From: a virus
Taxonomy: Duplodnaviria > Caudoviricetes
Direction: 5' to 3' (one strand)
Length of the DNA stretch: 54,442 bases
IMG/VR virus record: IMGVR_UViG_3300025727_000815
Coordinates: 1 to 54,442 of that record
Of the stretch, positions 17,526-28,453 are shown one piece after another; the stretch's first letter is position 1; each line of letters starts with the position of its first letter. Below the pieces are notes generated by a model. It worked only from the letters and a program-made list of their open reading frames with translations. It made no database searches and was not told the origin of the DNA. The position numbers and the translations under genes were made by a program.

Positions 17526-18217
17526 TTTATATTTCCTCTTTCATCATGATGAATAGTTTTAGAATCTGGAAATGTAAAATTATAATATACTGGATCAGTT
17601 CCATACAAAGATTGCAATTTCAATACTGAGTCTGTATGATATAAATCTTTATCATAATCAAAATTATATTCACTCAAAGCCGCATACATCATAGTTTCAA
17701 AGTGACTGTCTGGATGACCATTCTGTATAGACATATTCTTGTACTCATCCAATCTTCCCCATTTAAATATACTCTTACCCAACTGAGTTTCTATAATAAA
17801 AAATGAAGTGTGAAATGGAACTGATTTACCATCTATAAATTTACCATCTCTATCAAACATCCATTGTCTAGGTTGACTACCTACGTTATACTTTCCCTTT
17901 ACTTCCATATAGAGAAGATCTATATAGTCTGGTGGAGTCTCTACATCTCCGTGAAAATGTAATACATAATCACACTCATCAAATAAACCACCTTCAAATG
18001 GTGTAGATAATCCAATATAGACTCCATCCATATGTCCTGGATTCTGGTCTACTTGATAGATAGGAAAAAAAGTTTCTTTATTAACTCGGTCAACTGCCTT
18101 TACATCTTGACAAGTGGTAACAAGAGCAACTTTATGTTTTTCATTAATTCCCTTCAACCATTCATTTTGTTTTAGAATATAATCTATTCTATGTGTAGTT
18201 ATCAATACACCTAACAT
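17522..18217 (-). CDS. Hypothetical protein, possible GT-A fold
   Basis: DYVLHFHGD; glycan cluster context. Confidence 0.45.
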   Translation of the reverse strand: MLGVLITTHRIDYILKQNEWLKGINEKHKVALVTTCQDVKAVDRVNKETFFPIYQVDQNPGHMDGVYIGLSTPFEGGLFDECDYVLHFHGDVETPPDYIDLLYMEVKGKYNVGSQPRQWMFDRDGKFIDGKSVPFHTSFFIIETQLGKSIFKWGRLDEYKNMSIQNGHPDSHFETMMYAALSEYNFDYDKDLYHTDSVLKLQSLYGTDPVYYNFTFPDSKTIHHDERGNIK

Positions 18218-19167
18218 TATTCAAATACTTCCTTCATATGTTTTTTAAATACTTCCTCACTAAAATACTTCTCATAATTTTCTCGAGACTGTAGACTACA
18301 CTCGTGATAAAAGTTTTGATTATTTTTTAACTTTTTTGCCAGATGAATAGCTTTTTCTAAATCTCCTTGTTTTACTGATAATTCTGGATGACATTTTCTT
18401 TGAGTATCTGCTTCATCATATCCAATTACAGGTATTCCGTGAAATGCACAATTCATAGCGAATGTACCTGCGGCAATTGTTGGCATCAGATGAACTCCAA
18501 CATGATATTCACTCAACACATCAATCCATTCTCTCCATTGAACATAAGGTGTATAAGTGATATCTTCTATCTGTTCTTCCATTTGTTGTTTTCTTCCCAT
18601 ACTTACACAATGTAATGAATACTCTGGATGAAACTCTTTACCTACTATATAAGAATCAAAACCACCATACCAACGAACAAAATTACCACCTAGGATAATT
18701 GCATCTCCCCATTCATTTCTTGGAACAATATCATCTGTAATCATTAAAGATGGTATATCATGTATTGGTTTATCTTTTCCTACTAAACCTCTATAATAGG
18801 GAATATCTGTTTCATTCTCTGTAAGGATTCCATCTACATCTGCTAGTACATTGTAGTGCCAGAATTGGTGATGAATTGGCATATCTTGAAATATCCAATT
18901 GGGTCCCTCTTGCATAAACCAAATCTTCTTACCAATTCTCCTAGCTTTCTTAACAACATCTACATCATATAACCTAGCTCTATCTTGAGCAGTTTTTGGT
19001 ATAAGTAAAACAACATGATCATAACTTCCTTCTATTTTGTCAATATCATAAAGTGGATGGTGTGTGGCATCTAACGCTATCATTTGGGCAAATTCTGTAC
19101 GGGCATTCGGGTGATTTCTGGGAACCTTTCCAGAAAATCCCATTTGTGATAGAAATGCTATTTTCAT
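18217..19167 (-). CDS. Putative GT-B glycosyltransferase
   Basis: AGTFAMNCAFHGIPVIG C-terminal GT-B-like motif. Confidence 0.6.
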   Translation of the reverse strand: MKIAFLSQMGFSGKVPRNHPNARTEFAQMIALDATHHPLYDIDKIEGSYDHVVLLIPKTAQDRARLYDVDVVKKARRIGKKIWFMQEGPNWIFQDMPIHHQFWHYNVLADVDGILTENETDIPYYRGLVGKDKPIHDIPSLMITDDIVPRNEWGDAIILGGNFVRWYGGFDSYIVGKEFHPEYSLHCVSMGRKQQMEEQIEDITYTPYVQWREWIDVLSEYHVGVHLMPTIAAGTFAMNCAFHGIPVIGYDEADTQRKCHPELSVKQGDLEKAIHLAKKLKNNQNFYHECSLQSRENYEKYFSEEVFKKHMKEVFE

Positions 19168-19874
19168 TATTCTCCACCTCTTGCTAATTCTGATATGAAA
19201 TCACTATTAGCATACTCCTTTGACATATAAGCTATCCTATCTTCTCCAAATGTCTTTGTGAACTTATACCCATTTAAATTAACCATAATATTTCCCCATT
19301 GTAAATCTGGATTCTTCCCATCATAAGGGTCACTAAACCATTCAAATCCATTTAATTTCTTCAATGCCTTTCCAGTTGTACAAATAAAACTACCTCTAAC
19401 TGTCATACATTTTAATGGTATATCAAAAAATTCTTTATTAACTGCCACTTCTTTCCAAGTCTTAATTGCGGCAAATGGTCTATATTCATTCTTATTTCCT
19501 GGGGTTATAATAGCGTCTGGATCTAAATTAAATCCATAATTTTGTCCATTACCTATTATATCAAATTTTTCACCTACTTGTTCTATACACAAATTAGCAA
19601 AATCCCAATTCTTTATAATGATATCATCGTGAGTGAAAAAAATTATATCTTCATCTTCAAATTTAAACTTTTCATATATTTGTTGATATGAACCCCAGTC
19701 TAAACCTTCATTTGGAAACATCTCATAATCAAAATTATTCTTTATACTATCAGGTGGTTCTTTTCTACAATTCCAAAAAACTTTCATTTCAGGATTATTA
19801 TCTTTCAACCATTTAAGACCCTGATAATATTCTTTTTGATTATAATGCCAACCTGTTACACAATAATAAATCAC
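19167..19874 (-). CDS. Putative GT-A glycosyltransferase
   Basis: NEGLDWGSY, IFFTHDD. Confidence 0.55.
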   Translation of the reverse strand: MIYYCVTGWHYNQKEYYQGLKWLKDNNPEMKVFWNCRKEPPDSIKNNFDYEMFPNEGLDWGSYQQIYEKFKFEDEDIIFFTHDDIIIKNWDFANLCIEQVGEKFDIIGNGQNYGFNLDPDAIITPGNKNEYRPFAAIKTWKEVAVNKEFFDIPLKCMTVRGSFICTTGKALKKLNGFEWFSDPYDGKNPDLQWGNIMVNLNGYKFTKTFGEDRIAYMSKEYANSDFISELARGGE

Positions 19875-20545
19875 AACAACTCCGAAAATGTTTTAAATTT
19901 TACATCATTATTGTCCATAAGATAATTCAATATAACTCTAAAAGTCTCATAATTATCTGAATTCCAATTATTTTTATTATAATGTCCAGCTATATGTGAT
20001 TGAAAATGTACTGCCCCATCCCACTCTTTCAAAGTTTCGGTTTCATTTATAGAATTTTCTCCATAAAAAAGTTCAGTATCAAAATTTATCCCCTTGTTAA
20101 TCCTATCATGAGCCGCTACCCATTCAAAATATTCTGAAACTGCGTCTGCACTATCTTGAGTACATCCCCATCCTGGCATCCTAAATCCTTTTGGACTTAC
20201 ACCTACTGATATCCATTCATTTATAATATCTTTAACTCTATCTTTCGCCTCGTGATAACTCAACTCTAAAAATTCTTGTTCCCCAATTTCCTCAAAAGTA
20301 TATTTAAATACCTTATGATAATGTCCGTGTGAAGATAACTCTATATAATCTTTAGACTTCCACCAATCCACCCAATCCTTATTTTCAGATAAGGGATATT
20401 TGTCGTGATAATTAGATGGTATGAATAAATTAAATTTACAACCATACTCTTTATTAAGTTCTTCTATATAATCTACTGATTCATCACCTTCACATCCCCA
20501 ACCTTGTTCTGGATGTAAATCATCTATTGCTATTACTATTTTCAC
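19871..20545 (-). CDS. Polysaccharide deacetylase-like protein
   Basis: IAIDD, SHGHYH, GFRMPGW. Confidence 0.8.
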   Translation of the reverse strand: MKIVIAIDDLHPEQGWGCEGDESVDYIEELNKEYGCKFNLFIPSNYHDKYPLSENKDWVDWWKSKDYIELSSHGHYHKVFKYTFEEIGEQEFLELSYHEAKDRVKDIINEWISVGVSPKGFRMPGWGCTQDSADAVSEYFEWVAAHDRINKGINFDTELFYGENSINETETLKEWDGAVHFQSHIAGHYNKNNWNSDNYETFRVILNYLMDNNDVKFKTFSELL

Positions 20546-21147
20546 TTCTTTTTTCTTTTTTTAGTTTTAGATAATCCTTCTTTTATACCATCTTCAATAT
20601 ATTTTTTAATAGTATCTGATACTTCTGGCTCTTTAACTATTATATTCAAATTATGTCGTCGACCAACAACATCTTTTGTTTTTCTTCCCTGTTCATCACC
20701 CTTCATAACTCTATATGAATCTGAATCTTTGTGTTGAGTGGATACTTCAAATACAACTCCAATTGTTAATGCTTCTAATTGATGTGGTTGTCCTGGAATA
20801 TGTCGTACAACGTCTCCAGGATATAATTTAATAGTTTTAACTTCTGCTGTTTCTGTGTCTATCCATCTGTATATAAATTCACCCGCATTTACATACCAGG
20901 TTTCATCTTTAACCATATGATAATGCATTGAAAATTTACAACCAGCATTAAATTTCAATAACTTTCCACAATACATTTCATTGTTTTCAATTATAAGTTC
21001 TTCACCCCAACCTTTAGGAACTATACATCCTTCAACAACCTCTCCTGGTTTCCACTTAGTTGTAGGTGTAGTTCCTCTAGATGTCTTCCATTTTGTAGTT
21101 TCTTTTGTTTTAAACTGATCTATATCTTTCACCAACTGACCTCCCAA
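20542..21147 (-). CDS. Cupin-fold sugar isomerase-like protein
   Basis: KGWGEE, SMHYHMVKDETWYV, PGQPHQL. Confidence 0.8.
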   Translation of the reverse strand: MGGQLVKDIDQFKTKETTKWKTSRGTTPTTKWKPGEVVEGCIVPKGWGEELIIENNEMYCGKLLKFNAGCKFSMHYHMVKDETWYVNAGEFIYRWIDTETAEVKTIKLYPGDVVRHIPGQPHQLEALTIGVVFEVSTQHKDSDSYRVMKGDEQGRKTKDVVGRRHNLNIIVKEPEVSDTIKKYIEDGIKEGLSKTKKRKKK

Positions 21148-21515
21148 TCTTTAAATTCTGCGGCTATACAATCTATCTTATAATCCTTTCTACCTTCCCC
21201 TACCTCATCTTGTATTTTATTCTTTGATGTATTTCTAATACCATTTAATCCATGAGTCAATCCAAGATTACCATCACCTTCCCCAGCTCTATATTTAGTT
21301 TCGTTATGCCAAATGTGTAAGTTCATCTGTGATAATACTATAATGGCACGAATCATTTTACCATCCAAACCTAACTCATTTAAATCATGAACTATATCTT
21401 TGATTTCTTTGGCGTATTCTTCTTTATGTTCTGGTATAAAGACTTCCTTTAACTGAATGATTGAAAGTCTATCTATTAATTCAGCTATTGTTGGTAGATA
21501 TTTTCGTAATTTCAT
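21129..21515 (-). CDS. Hypothetical protein
   Basis: 128-aa ORF in operon. Confidence 0.7.
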   Translation of the reverse strand: MKLRKYLPTIAELIDRLSIIQLKEVFIPEHKEEYAKEIKDIVHDLNELGLDGKMIRAIIVLSQMNLHIWHNETKYRAGEGDGNLGLTHGLNGIRNTSKNKIQDEVGEGRKDYKIDCIAAEFKDWEVSW

Positions 21516-22491
21516 CTTTTAACTCTTTTCTTGTAATTAATTTTTTAGTATTGTTATTTAAATTGTGTAGATTAGTTTCACATACTTTATGATTCTTCAT
21601 CCAAGATTTATTATTTTCTCTATTGATATGTGCTGCCTCGTCGTTCATCCCCTCTACATACATTCGCTTTTTAGGATGATTTCTATTATGTACTTTCAAT
21701 ATATTTTTCACTATAAACTGTTTATAATCTCCCCCAAGTATTTTACCAGCTACAGTCATAAAAGAAGTGTCCTCTCCACAAGCCCAAACTCCCAAAGGTA
21801 TATTAGCACCTGCCATAACCAATTGACTTGATATAACCAACCCACTACCATCAAATTTGGGATATTGAATAAATTGTAAATCTACCTCTTTGGTTTCCTC
21901 ATTAACTTTATTCATCTCTGCTAATGACATTGTGTACAAAATACTACTTGGGTCATTTTCCCAATCCTCTTCTCTCTCTTTAAACTTCGCATCTGTAAAT
22001 TTGGGATGTTCTAAAACCTTCCAACTCTCGTCCCACATTTTTCTAACTGCAAATGTAACTATATATCTATAACTATTATTCTGATCTGTGTAATCCTTAA
22101 TTAAATTCAATACTTGATAAGTTTCTTTTGGCAACAAACAATCACTTTCACCCCAAATCAAAAAATCGGTATTAGGTGCAAACATATTATTAAAATCTCG
22201 TCTATAATCTCCAATAAAATAAAACTTATCAGATATGTTATGTGTGAGATTCAAATATTCATATCTAAACTGAGACAGTATTTGTGAATTGAACTTTTCA
22301 ATTACTTTTTCAATCATATCTTTACTAACAGGTTGTTCAAAATATGTATTAGTATTCAAATAAAAGTCTATATAAATATTTTTATGTTCTTCTTCTGAAA
22401 CTTGGTCGATAAGTTGTATCAAAGAATCTACATATTCCCCAACCATCTCAATCTCATACCACATAACATGACAACCTATTGCCAATTTCAT
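21481..22491 (-). CDS. Putative glycosyltransferase
   Basis: WGESD, GEDT; cluster context. Confidence 0.5.
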   Translation of the reverse strand: MKLAIGCHVMWYEIEMVGEYVDSLIQLIDQVSEEEHKNIYIDFYLNTNTYFEQPVSKDMIEKVIEKFNSQILSQFRYEYLNLTHNISDKFYFIGDYRRDFNNMFAPNTDFLIWGESDCLLPKETYQVLNLIKDYTDQNNSYRYIVTFAVRKMWDESWKVLEHPKFTDAKFKEREEDWENDPSSILYTMSLAEMNKVNEETKEVDLQFIQYPKFDGSGLVISSQLVMAGANIPLGVWACGEDTSFMTVAGKILGGDYKQFIVKNILKVHNRNHPKKRMYVEGMNDEAAHINRENNKSWMKNHKVCETNLHNLNNNTKKLITRKELKDEITKISTNNS

Positions 22492-23351
22492 TCTACTACT
22501 GCTCTACCTTTCATCTTTTCCCAATCTCTATTTTTTCTTACTTTATCATTAACTTGTAACACAACTTGTAGTAGTTCCATATCATCATATCCATTTACCA
22601 ATGCTGATACATCCTTTGGTAAACAATGTCCACCAAATCCTAAATCACCATCTGGACCTGGAACAGCCCAATGTGATTTACCAAGTCTTTCATCGTAGGT
22701 TGCATACTCTACAACTTTATCATAGTCAATATCTATACCATCGCATAATTTTTTCATTTCGTTAGCAAATGAAACTTTAGTAGCTAAGAAACTATTAATA
22801 AAATACTTAGTCATCTCTGCAGTTTTACTGCCCGTCTTAACTATGGTAGCGTGAGGAAATACTTTACTGTAAACTTGTCTTAACAAATTTGTTCCCCTAC
22901 GAACACCACCTAATATAATTCTGGTTTGATTCTTAAAGTCCTCAAGAAAGTTGGCCTCTGTTAGAAACTCGGGGTTGAATATAACATCAACACTCTTATA
23001 TTTTCTATGTAGTCTATCTGTTGTGCCAGGTGGAACTGTAGATTTGATTACCACAATTGGTTTATTATCTATAGTGTTTTTATCTAAATCATAATTTCCC
23101 CAATATGCATAACACCACTTATCTATATCTTTAACAACACTCTCAACTATATCTGTATGACAACTTCCATCTTTATTCATTGGTGTTGGCACACATACAA
23201 ATATAACTTTACATTTTTCAACTAAATCAGCTAAATCACAAGTACTTTTCTTTTCATCATACTTATCATACGTTTCTATTTTATAATGTGGTTCGAACCC
23301 AACCTTGATTGCAGTTCCTACATAACCTTGTCCTATTATTCCTATTATCAT
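22488..23351 (-). CDS. ugd: UDP-glucose/GDP-mannose dehydrogenase family (short form)
   Basis: GQGYVG, VCVPTP, KSTVPPGT, NPEFL, GFGGHCLPKD. Confidence 0.9.
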   Translation of the reverse strand: MIIGIIGQGYVGTAIKVGFEPHYKIETYDKYDEKKSTCDLADLVEKCKVIFVCVPTPMNKDGSCHTDIVESVVKDIDKWCYAYWGNYDLDKNTIDNKPIVVIKSTVPPGTTDRLHRKYKSVDVIFNPEFLTEANFLEDFKNQTRIILGGVRRGTNLLRQVYSKVFPHATIVKTGSKTAEMTKYFINSFLATKVSFANEMKKLCDGIDIDYDKVVEYATYDERLGKSHWAVPGPDGDLGFGGHCLPKDVSALVNGYDDMELLQVVLQVNDKVRKNRDWEKMKGRAVVE

Positions 23352-24163
23352 CTCAACAATTCCTCAAAAGTTATTCTATCAAATCTGTTATCTGCAGGAT
23401 TTCTATCAGATAAAATTACCATCTCAAACTTGCGTTCTTTAAACCAATCATATAATTCTTTAGTACTCTGTATCGCTTCTATCAATTCCCCATCTTGAGG
23501 TTGAGTTCCTTTTTCATCATCATAAACTTCTTTAGAAGAATCGTCTGATACAAAGTGTTGACTACTATCCCACTTAGCATTTGTATCTGGTAGTAATCCA
23601 CCTTTTTGTCCTCCCAAATCCCAACCTATAGTAATTAACCGTTTACATCCTAAAAGTAATGTCAGGGGGATTGCTAATTCATAAGTTAATCCTGGACCCC
23701 ATTTTATCTCTACACCGTGCCTAAAACTAAGTAAATTATCAAACTCTCTGGTAGCCGCTGTAGTTTGATGATGCATTGTAAATGGTGGATTAGAAACTGG
23801 TACAAATATGTCCATTGGATGCATTGATGCAAATTCTAAATGTTCCTTAAAATATGACTTAGCCAACGCATACATAACTATAGTATTATCAGTAACATAC
23901 TTGGTCTTTTTATGATTCCAAGTATTCAATAAATGAAAATCTACACACTCTCCAATATAATCATAACTGTGTTTTACTGAACATACCAATTTATCAGACA
24001 AAAAATCACTTAACTTCTGTTTATTATGATCTCCCAAACTTGGTCCTGCTGTAACCCAATACATAGTTTCATCTTTATATAAATCTTTTAGATAATCTAA
24101 CCGCTCTTCTATAGAATCTAAAGTATTAATATGTCGTTTTATATCTGGTGTTTCTTTTTTCAT
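23348..24163 (-). CDS. DUF115/Maf-like (sialyltransferase-like) protein
   Basis: VTAGPSL, LGCKRLITIGWD. Confidence 0.65.
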   Translation of the reverse strand: MKKETPDIKRHINTLDSIEERLDYLKDLYKDETMYWVTAGPSLGDHNKQKLSDFLSDKLVCSVKHSYDYIGECVDFHLLNTWNHKKTKYVTDNTIVMYALAKSYFKEHLEFASMHPMDIFVPVSNPPFTMHHQTTAATREFDNLLSFRHGVEIKWGPGLTYELAIPLTLLLGCKRLITIGWDLGGQKGGLLPDTNAKWDSSQHFVSDDSSKEVYDDEKGTQPQDGELIEAIQSTKELYDWFKERKFEMVILSDRNPADNRFDRITFEELLR

Positions 24164-25143
24164 TTCCAGAACTCATATAGCCCTACATCCAATTCATATT
24201 CTTTCCATTTAAACTGTTTTCTCTTTGGTTGTAGTTGTGCCCATTTCCACATTTTTGTAAGACCTTCCTTCAAATTTGTCTTATGTTCAAAATCTAACAA
24301 TTCTACTGATTTACTATACGTTGAATATGCACTATGTACCTCGTGTCTCTGTTCTAATTCTACTATTTTGCCTCCATCCATAACTTCAATTAAAGTATCC
24401 GCCGCTTCTTTAATACTTACATCAGTTATTCCACCTAAATTTATAATTTGTTTACTAGCCCTGTCATCGATTCCAGCTTTCCATAGTGGCTCTACAGAAT
24501 CACCAATATATGAAAATGCCCGTCTTTGTGTTCCATCACCAAAAAGTGTAACAGGTTCTCCATTTAAATGCTTATTCATCCAAATCCCTAATACATTTCT
24601 GTATTTATCCCATATGTTTTGTTTTTCACCGTAGACATTATGTGGTCTAATAATACACCAATCTAATCCGTGTTGCTCACCTGCTATCTGTATATCTCTC
24701 TCACATGCCATCTTAGCAATTCCGTATGGATCTATTGGTTGTGGGGCATACATTTCTTTAAATGGTACTGTATTATTTCCATATACTGCCATAGATGAAG
24801 TAAATACTAATCTACTAATACCATATTTTATTGAAAGTGTAACCAACTTAGAAGTAGTGACCAAATTGTTCTGGTAATTAAATTGTCTAACAAATGGACT
24901 CAATCCTTCTGCCGCATAAGCTGCAAAATGAAATACTATATCAAAATCATATGTTTGAAATAACTTTTCTATATCATCATCCAATATATTATAATCATAA
25001 AAATTTACTAAATTATTAACATGGTCTTTATAACCACCACTCAAATCATCTATTCCAACAACCTTATGTTGTGTATTATCAATAATCCAATCCGCTAAAT
25101 TAGATCCTAATAACCCTGCTACTCCTGTAATTAATATATTCAT
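24160..25143 (-). CDS. NAD-dependent epimerase/dehydratase
   Basis: TGVAGLLG, YGIAK, RPHNVYG. Confidence 0.92.
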   Translation of the reverse strand: MNILITGVAGLLGSNLADWIIDNTQHKVVGIDDLSGGYKDHVNNLVNFYDYNILDDDIEKLFQTYDFDIVFHFAAYAAEGLSPFVRQFNYQNNLVTTSKLVTLSIKYGISRLVFTSSMAVYGNNTVPFKEMYAPQPIDPYGIAKMACERDIQIAGEQHGLDWCIIRPHNVYGEKQNIWDKYRNVLGIWMNKHLNGEPVTLFGDGTQRRAFSYIGDSVEPLWKAGIDDRASKQIINLGGITDVSIKEAADTLIEVMDGGKIVELEQRHEVHSAYSTYSKSVELLDFEHKTNLKEGLTKMWKWAQLQPKRKQFKWKEYELDVGLYEFWK

Positions 25144-25152
25144 TATTTACTC

Positions 25153-26121
25153 CTATATTGCATAATACCTTCTTCTGACAGTAGGAAACTCATCAAGAAA
25201 ATAAAAAGCAAAATCTAATTTATCTAAAAGACCCATTTCCTCTAAATGACAAGGTATTAATCTATGATTTGAAATACCACCAGTATGATCGTGAATTGTT
25301 CCGCCGCTCCAAGTATTAGGATCTCTAGTCATGTATTCATCCATTTTATCATATAATTCACAATACATATCCATATACTCAGGCTTTGAAAATGCCCAAG
25401 AATCTATAACACCCTCTGAACCATGATTTGGACTGTAAGGCTTAGTATTATGAGGCCACCCATTCAATCTAAGTTCTATACCAGTATCCTTTTCACTTAA
25501 TTCATTGTTTGATATAAATGGTAAGTTATGTTCTTTTCTTTTACGAAACCAAACTCTTTCTTCAATCCAATCACCGGTATTCTTTCCGAAAATATTTGAT
25601 CCAGTTATAAATGGTCTATTCCAATTACCCAACCAAAATTTATTTCGATCAAATTTACTAAAATCAACTATAGTATTCCACGCTAAATCATATCTACCAA
25701 TATACACCATATCATATTTTACACCAGTTTCTTTCTCATACTCTTTCCGTAAATCAGAAACTTGTTTGTGACTAAACCACTTATGATAATGAGCTTGAAT
25801 TCGTGTGTTATTACCACCAGTAAAAATTGGTCCTGAATTTGGTGGTGAAGGAAAATTTGGTTGTTTTAAAAATTTATAACTAACTGGATTATACAAATTA
25901 ATTATATCTTCTGACCTCTCTAATGTCGCTGTGTGGCAAAATACATCACAATCATTAATATCCAATATATACTTTTTATAATGTTTATAACCAAGTTCTA
26001 AACTTTCTAATGAATCGCCTTCACCGTACTTACCACCAACGCCTCCAACTATTCCATGTAAACAAAAAGCTATTTTTTTTGTCTTTCTTTCTGGCTCACT
26101 CACCATTGGCTCATATCTCAC
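25153..26121 (-). CDS. Hypothetical glycan-related protein
   Basis: KIAFCLHG...YDMVYIGRYD pattern; cluster context. Confidence 0.5.
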   Translation of the reverse strand: MRYEPMVSEPERKTKKIAFCLHGIVGGVGGKYGEGDSLESLELGYKHYKKYILDINDCDVFCHTATLERSEDIINLYNPVSYKFLKQPNFPSPPNSGPIFTGGNNTRIQAHYHKWFSHKQVSDLRKEYEKETGVKYDMVYIGRYDLAWNTIVDFSKFDRNKFWLGNWNRPFITGSNIFGKNTGDWIEERVWFRKRKEHNLPFISNNELSEKDTGIELRLNGWPHNTKPYSPNHGSEGVIDSWAFSKPEYMDMYCELYDKMDEYMTRDPNTWSGGTIHDHTGGISNHRLIPCHLEEMGLLDKLDFAFYFLDEFPTVRRRYYAI

Positions 26122-26768
26122 AATGGAAACTCCAATCCAGTATATAATTTAAATTGATGAGACGCTTGTAAAGTAGCTAACTCTTTACCTGTTTTTGTTG
26201 TCACTATACAATCTATAAAATATTTTGATTTAACAGATACATCCTCTAAAGGTGTACAATTATACACTATACTATTATGTTGAATATTATCTACAATATC
26301 CCAATTTTCTTTAGTCACCAAAGTGTAATCATAACCCAATGACTTAGCTGCCTGTTGAACAGCTTTAGAATAACCACCATTACCTAAAATATATAAATCA
26401 TATCCAAGACTTCTTTGTAAAACAGTTTTAGCCGCAAGATAATCTGTATTATATGCTGTTAATATACCATTATCATTAAGAATAGTATTTGCTGCTCCTA
26501 TTTCTACTACATTTTCTGCACACATATCTTGTGTCCCCATATACTCAAGAACTTGTGTTTTATATGGCATCGTAATAGCAAAACCCTTAATATTTAATGT
26601 TTTAACTGATTTTACGGCATCTTCTATATTACTTACTGAAAATGACTTATAGATTTTATTTAAACCATAATAATAAAAGGCACTGTTCATCATTTGACAA
26701 CCAGTATTACCGGCTGTTTCAGCGAACGAACAATATATTTCTGTATCTTTATTTATCCATTGATTCAC
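26118..26768 (-). CDS. aroE: Shikimate dehydrogenase-like protein
   Basis: GFAITMPYK, IGAANT, YNTD, ILGNGG, NCTP. Confidence 0.8.
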   Translation of the reverse strand: MNQWINKDTEIYCSFAETAGNTGCQMMNSAFYYYGLNKIYKSFSVSNIEDAVKSVKTLNIKGFAITMPYKTQVLEYMGTQDMCAENVVEIGAANTILNDNGILTAYNTDYLAAKTVLQRSLGYDLYILGNGGYSKAVQQAAKSLGYDYTLVTKENWDIVDNIQHNSIVYNCTPLEDVSVKSKYFIDCIVTTKTGKELATLQASHQFKLYTGLEFPL

Positions 26769-27675
26769 TTAAAACCCTTTTAGTTATTTGTCCAACACTT
26801 AATCCATACTTTTCATATAAATCTTTAGGTGGTGCTGATTCAGGGAAAATATCATTCAATCCAATCCTTGTAATCTTTTTTGGATACTCGTCTGTTAAAA
26901 CTTCAGAAACCGCTGAACCTAATCCACCAACAATAGAATGGTCTTCAATTGTAAATAAGTATTTTGTTTCTTTTGCACATTTAATTATCATATCTCTATC
27001 TATAGGTTTTAATGTAGATATATTTACTACTCTAACACTATGAGATGTGTTATTTTCTATAAGTTTAGACGCTTCAATTACTTCACCTAAAATACATCCT
27101 GTAGAAAATAAAGTTATATCTATTCCCTCTTTAACTATTTGTCCTTTACCAAATTCAAAAGGCATTTCAACATCTTCAACTGGTTGTCTACCTAATCTCA
27201 AATAATGTGGTGAATCTAATTTTGTTTCACATAAGTATTCTATAACCTTTATAGCTTCTGAATATGATGCTGGATTTAATATCTTCATATTAGGTAATGC
27301 TCTCATAAGACTAACATCTTCTAATCCCATTTGAGTTACACCATCTTTACCTATAGCCATACCAACGTGAGTTCCAACTAATATAACAGGACGTTTTGAG
27401 TATGCTAAACTACATCTTATTTGGTCATATCTACCGGTAAGAAATGAACCAAAGGACGCCAAAAAAACCTTATATCCATATTCAGATAACCCTGATGCTA
27501 TTCCTATCATATTTGCTTCAGCTATACCTATTTGGAAAAATCTATCTGGGTGTGATTGTCCAAAACTGGCTATCTTTGTAGCTTTTCCCAAATCAGCATC
27601 TAATGCAACAATATTATCATACTTGTCGCCCATTAAAGGTAACTGATATCCAAATGCATCTCTTGTAGCTTTCAT
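26749..27675 (-). CDS. Transketolase C-terminal subunit
   Basis: GIAEANM, GKDGVTQMGLED, EDHSIVGGLGS. Confidence 0.9.
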   Translation of the reverse strand: MKATRDAFGYQLPLMGDKYDNIVALDADLGKATKIASFGQSHPDRFFQIGIAEANMIGIASGLSEYGYKVFLASFGSFLTGRYDQIRCSLAYSKRPVILVGTHVGMAIGKDGVTQMGLEDVSLMRALPNMKILNPASYSEAIKVIEYLCETKLDSPHYLRLGRQPVEDVEMPFEFGKGQIVKEGIDITLFSTGCILGEVIEASKLIENNTSHSVRVVNISTLKPIDRDMIIKCAKETKYLFTIEDHSIVGGLGSAVSEVLTDEYPKKITRIGLNDIFPESAPPKDLYEKYGLSVGQITKRVLSESMDK

Positions 27676-27676
27676 A

Positions 27677-28453
27677 TTAAACTCCTAATTCCTTCATAGC
27701 AATCTCATATTCTTCATCAGTAGGAACTTTGCAATGCCAACTTGGGTCTTCCATAAAAGAAACTCCCTTACCTTTTACAGTATCTAAAATAATACATTGT
27801 GGCATATGATGTTTAACATTACCTATCTCTCTCATTTCATATCTAATAGTATCCATATCATGACCATCTACAACTGTGCAACTCCACCCAAATGAAGATA
27901 TTCTCTCTTGTAAATTATCATACATTATACTAAAATCTTTTGAGTATCCATCATTTTGTCCTTTATTCCAATCTATAATACAAACTAAATTAGTTAATTT
28001 TGTTTTAGGATAATACATTAAAGATTCCCAAACTTGTCCTTCCTGTAACTCACCATCACCCAATACACAAAATACAGTTCCTTCTTCACCTCTTAAATTT
28101 TTGCCAAGTGAATGTCCAATAGCAATACTCAACCCTTGACCTAACGATCCTGTTGTAGCATCTAAAATAGGTAATCTTTCTTTATCAGGATGGCCTTGTA
28201 GTGGTGAATCTATCTCTCTAAACAAATCTAATTCTTCATCTGTTATTTGTCCTAACTCATGTAGAACTGCATAAATGATAGGAACTGCATGTCCTTTAGA
28301 TAAAATCAATTTATCTTTACCACCAATATCATAATCTTCATACAACACACTTGTTAATTCTGCCATAGAAAACGATCCACCAATATGTCCTGATTGTTTT
28401 GCTCTGACCATATCTATAACTTTTTTTCTTAATACATTTGGATTAATTTTCAT
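27677..28453 (-). CDS. Transketolase N-terminal (TPP-binding) subunit
   Basis: SGHIGG, LSKGH, TGSLGQG, GDGELQEG, KGKG. Confidence 0.92.
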   Translation of the reverse strand: MKINPNVLRKKVIDMVRAKQSGHIGGSFSMAELTSVLYEDYDIGGKDKLILSKGHAVPIIYAVLHELGQITDEELDLFREIDSPLQGHPDKERLPILDATTGSLGQGLSIAIGHSLGKNLRGEEGTVFCVLGDGELQEGQVWESLMYYPKTKLTNLVCIIDWNKGQNDGYSKDFSIMYDNLQERISSFGWSCTVVDGHDMDTIRYEMREIGNVKHHMPQCIILDTVKGKGVSFMEDPSWHCKVPTDEEYEIAMKELGV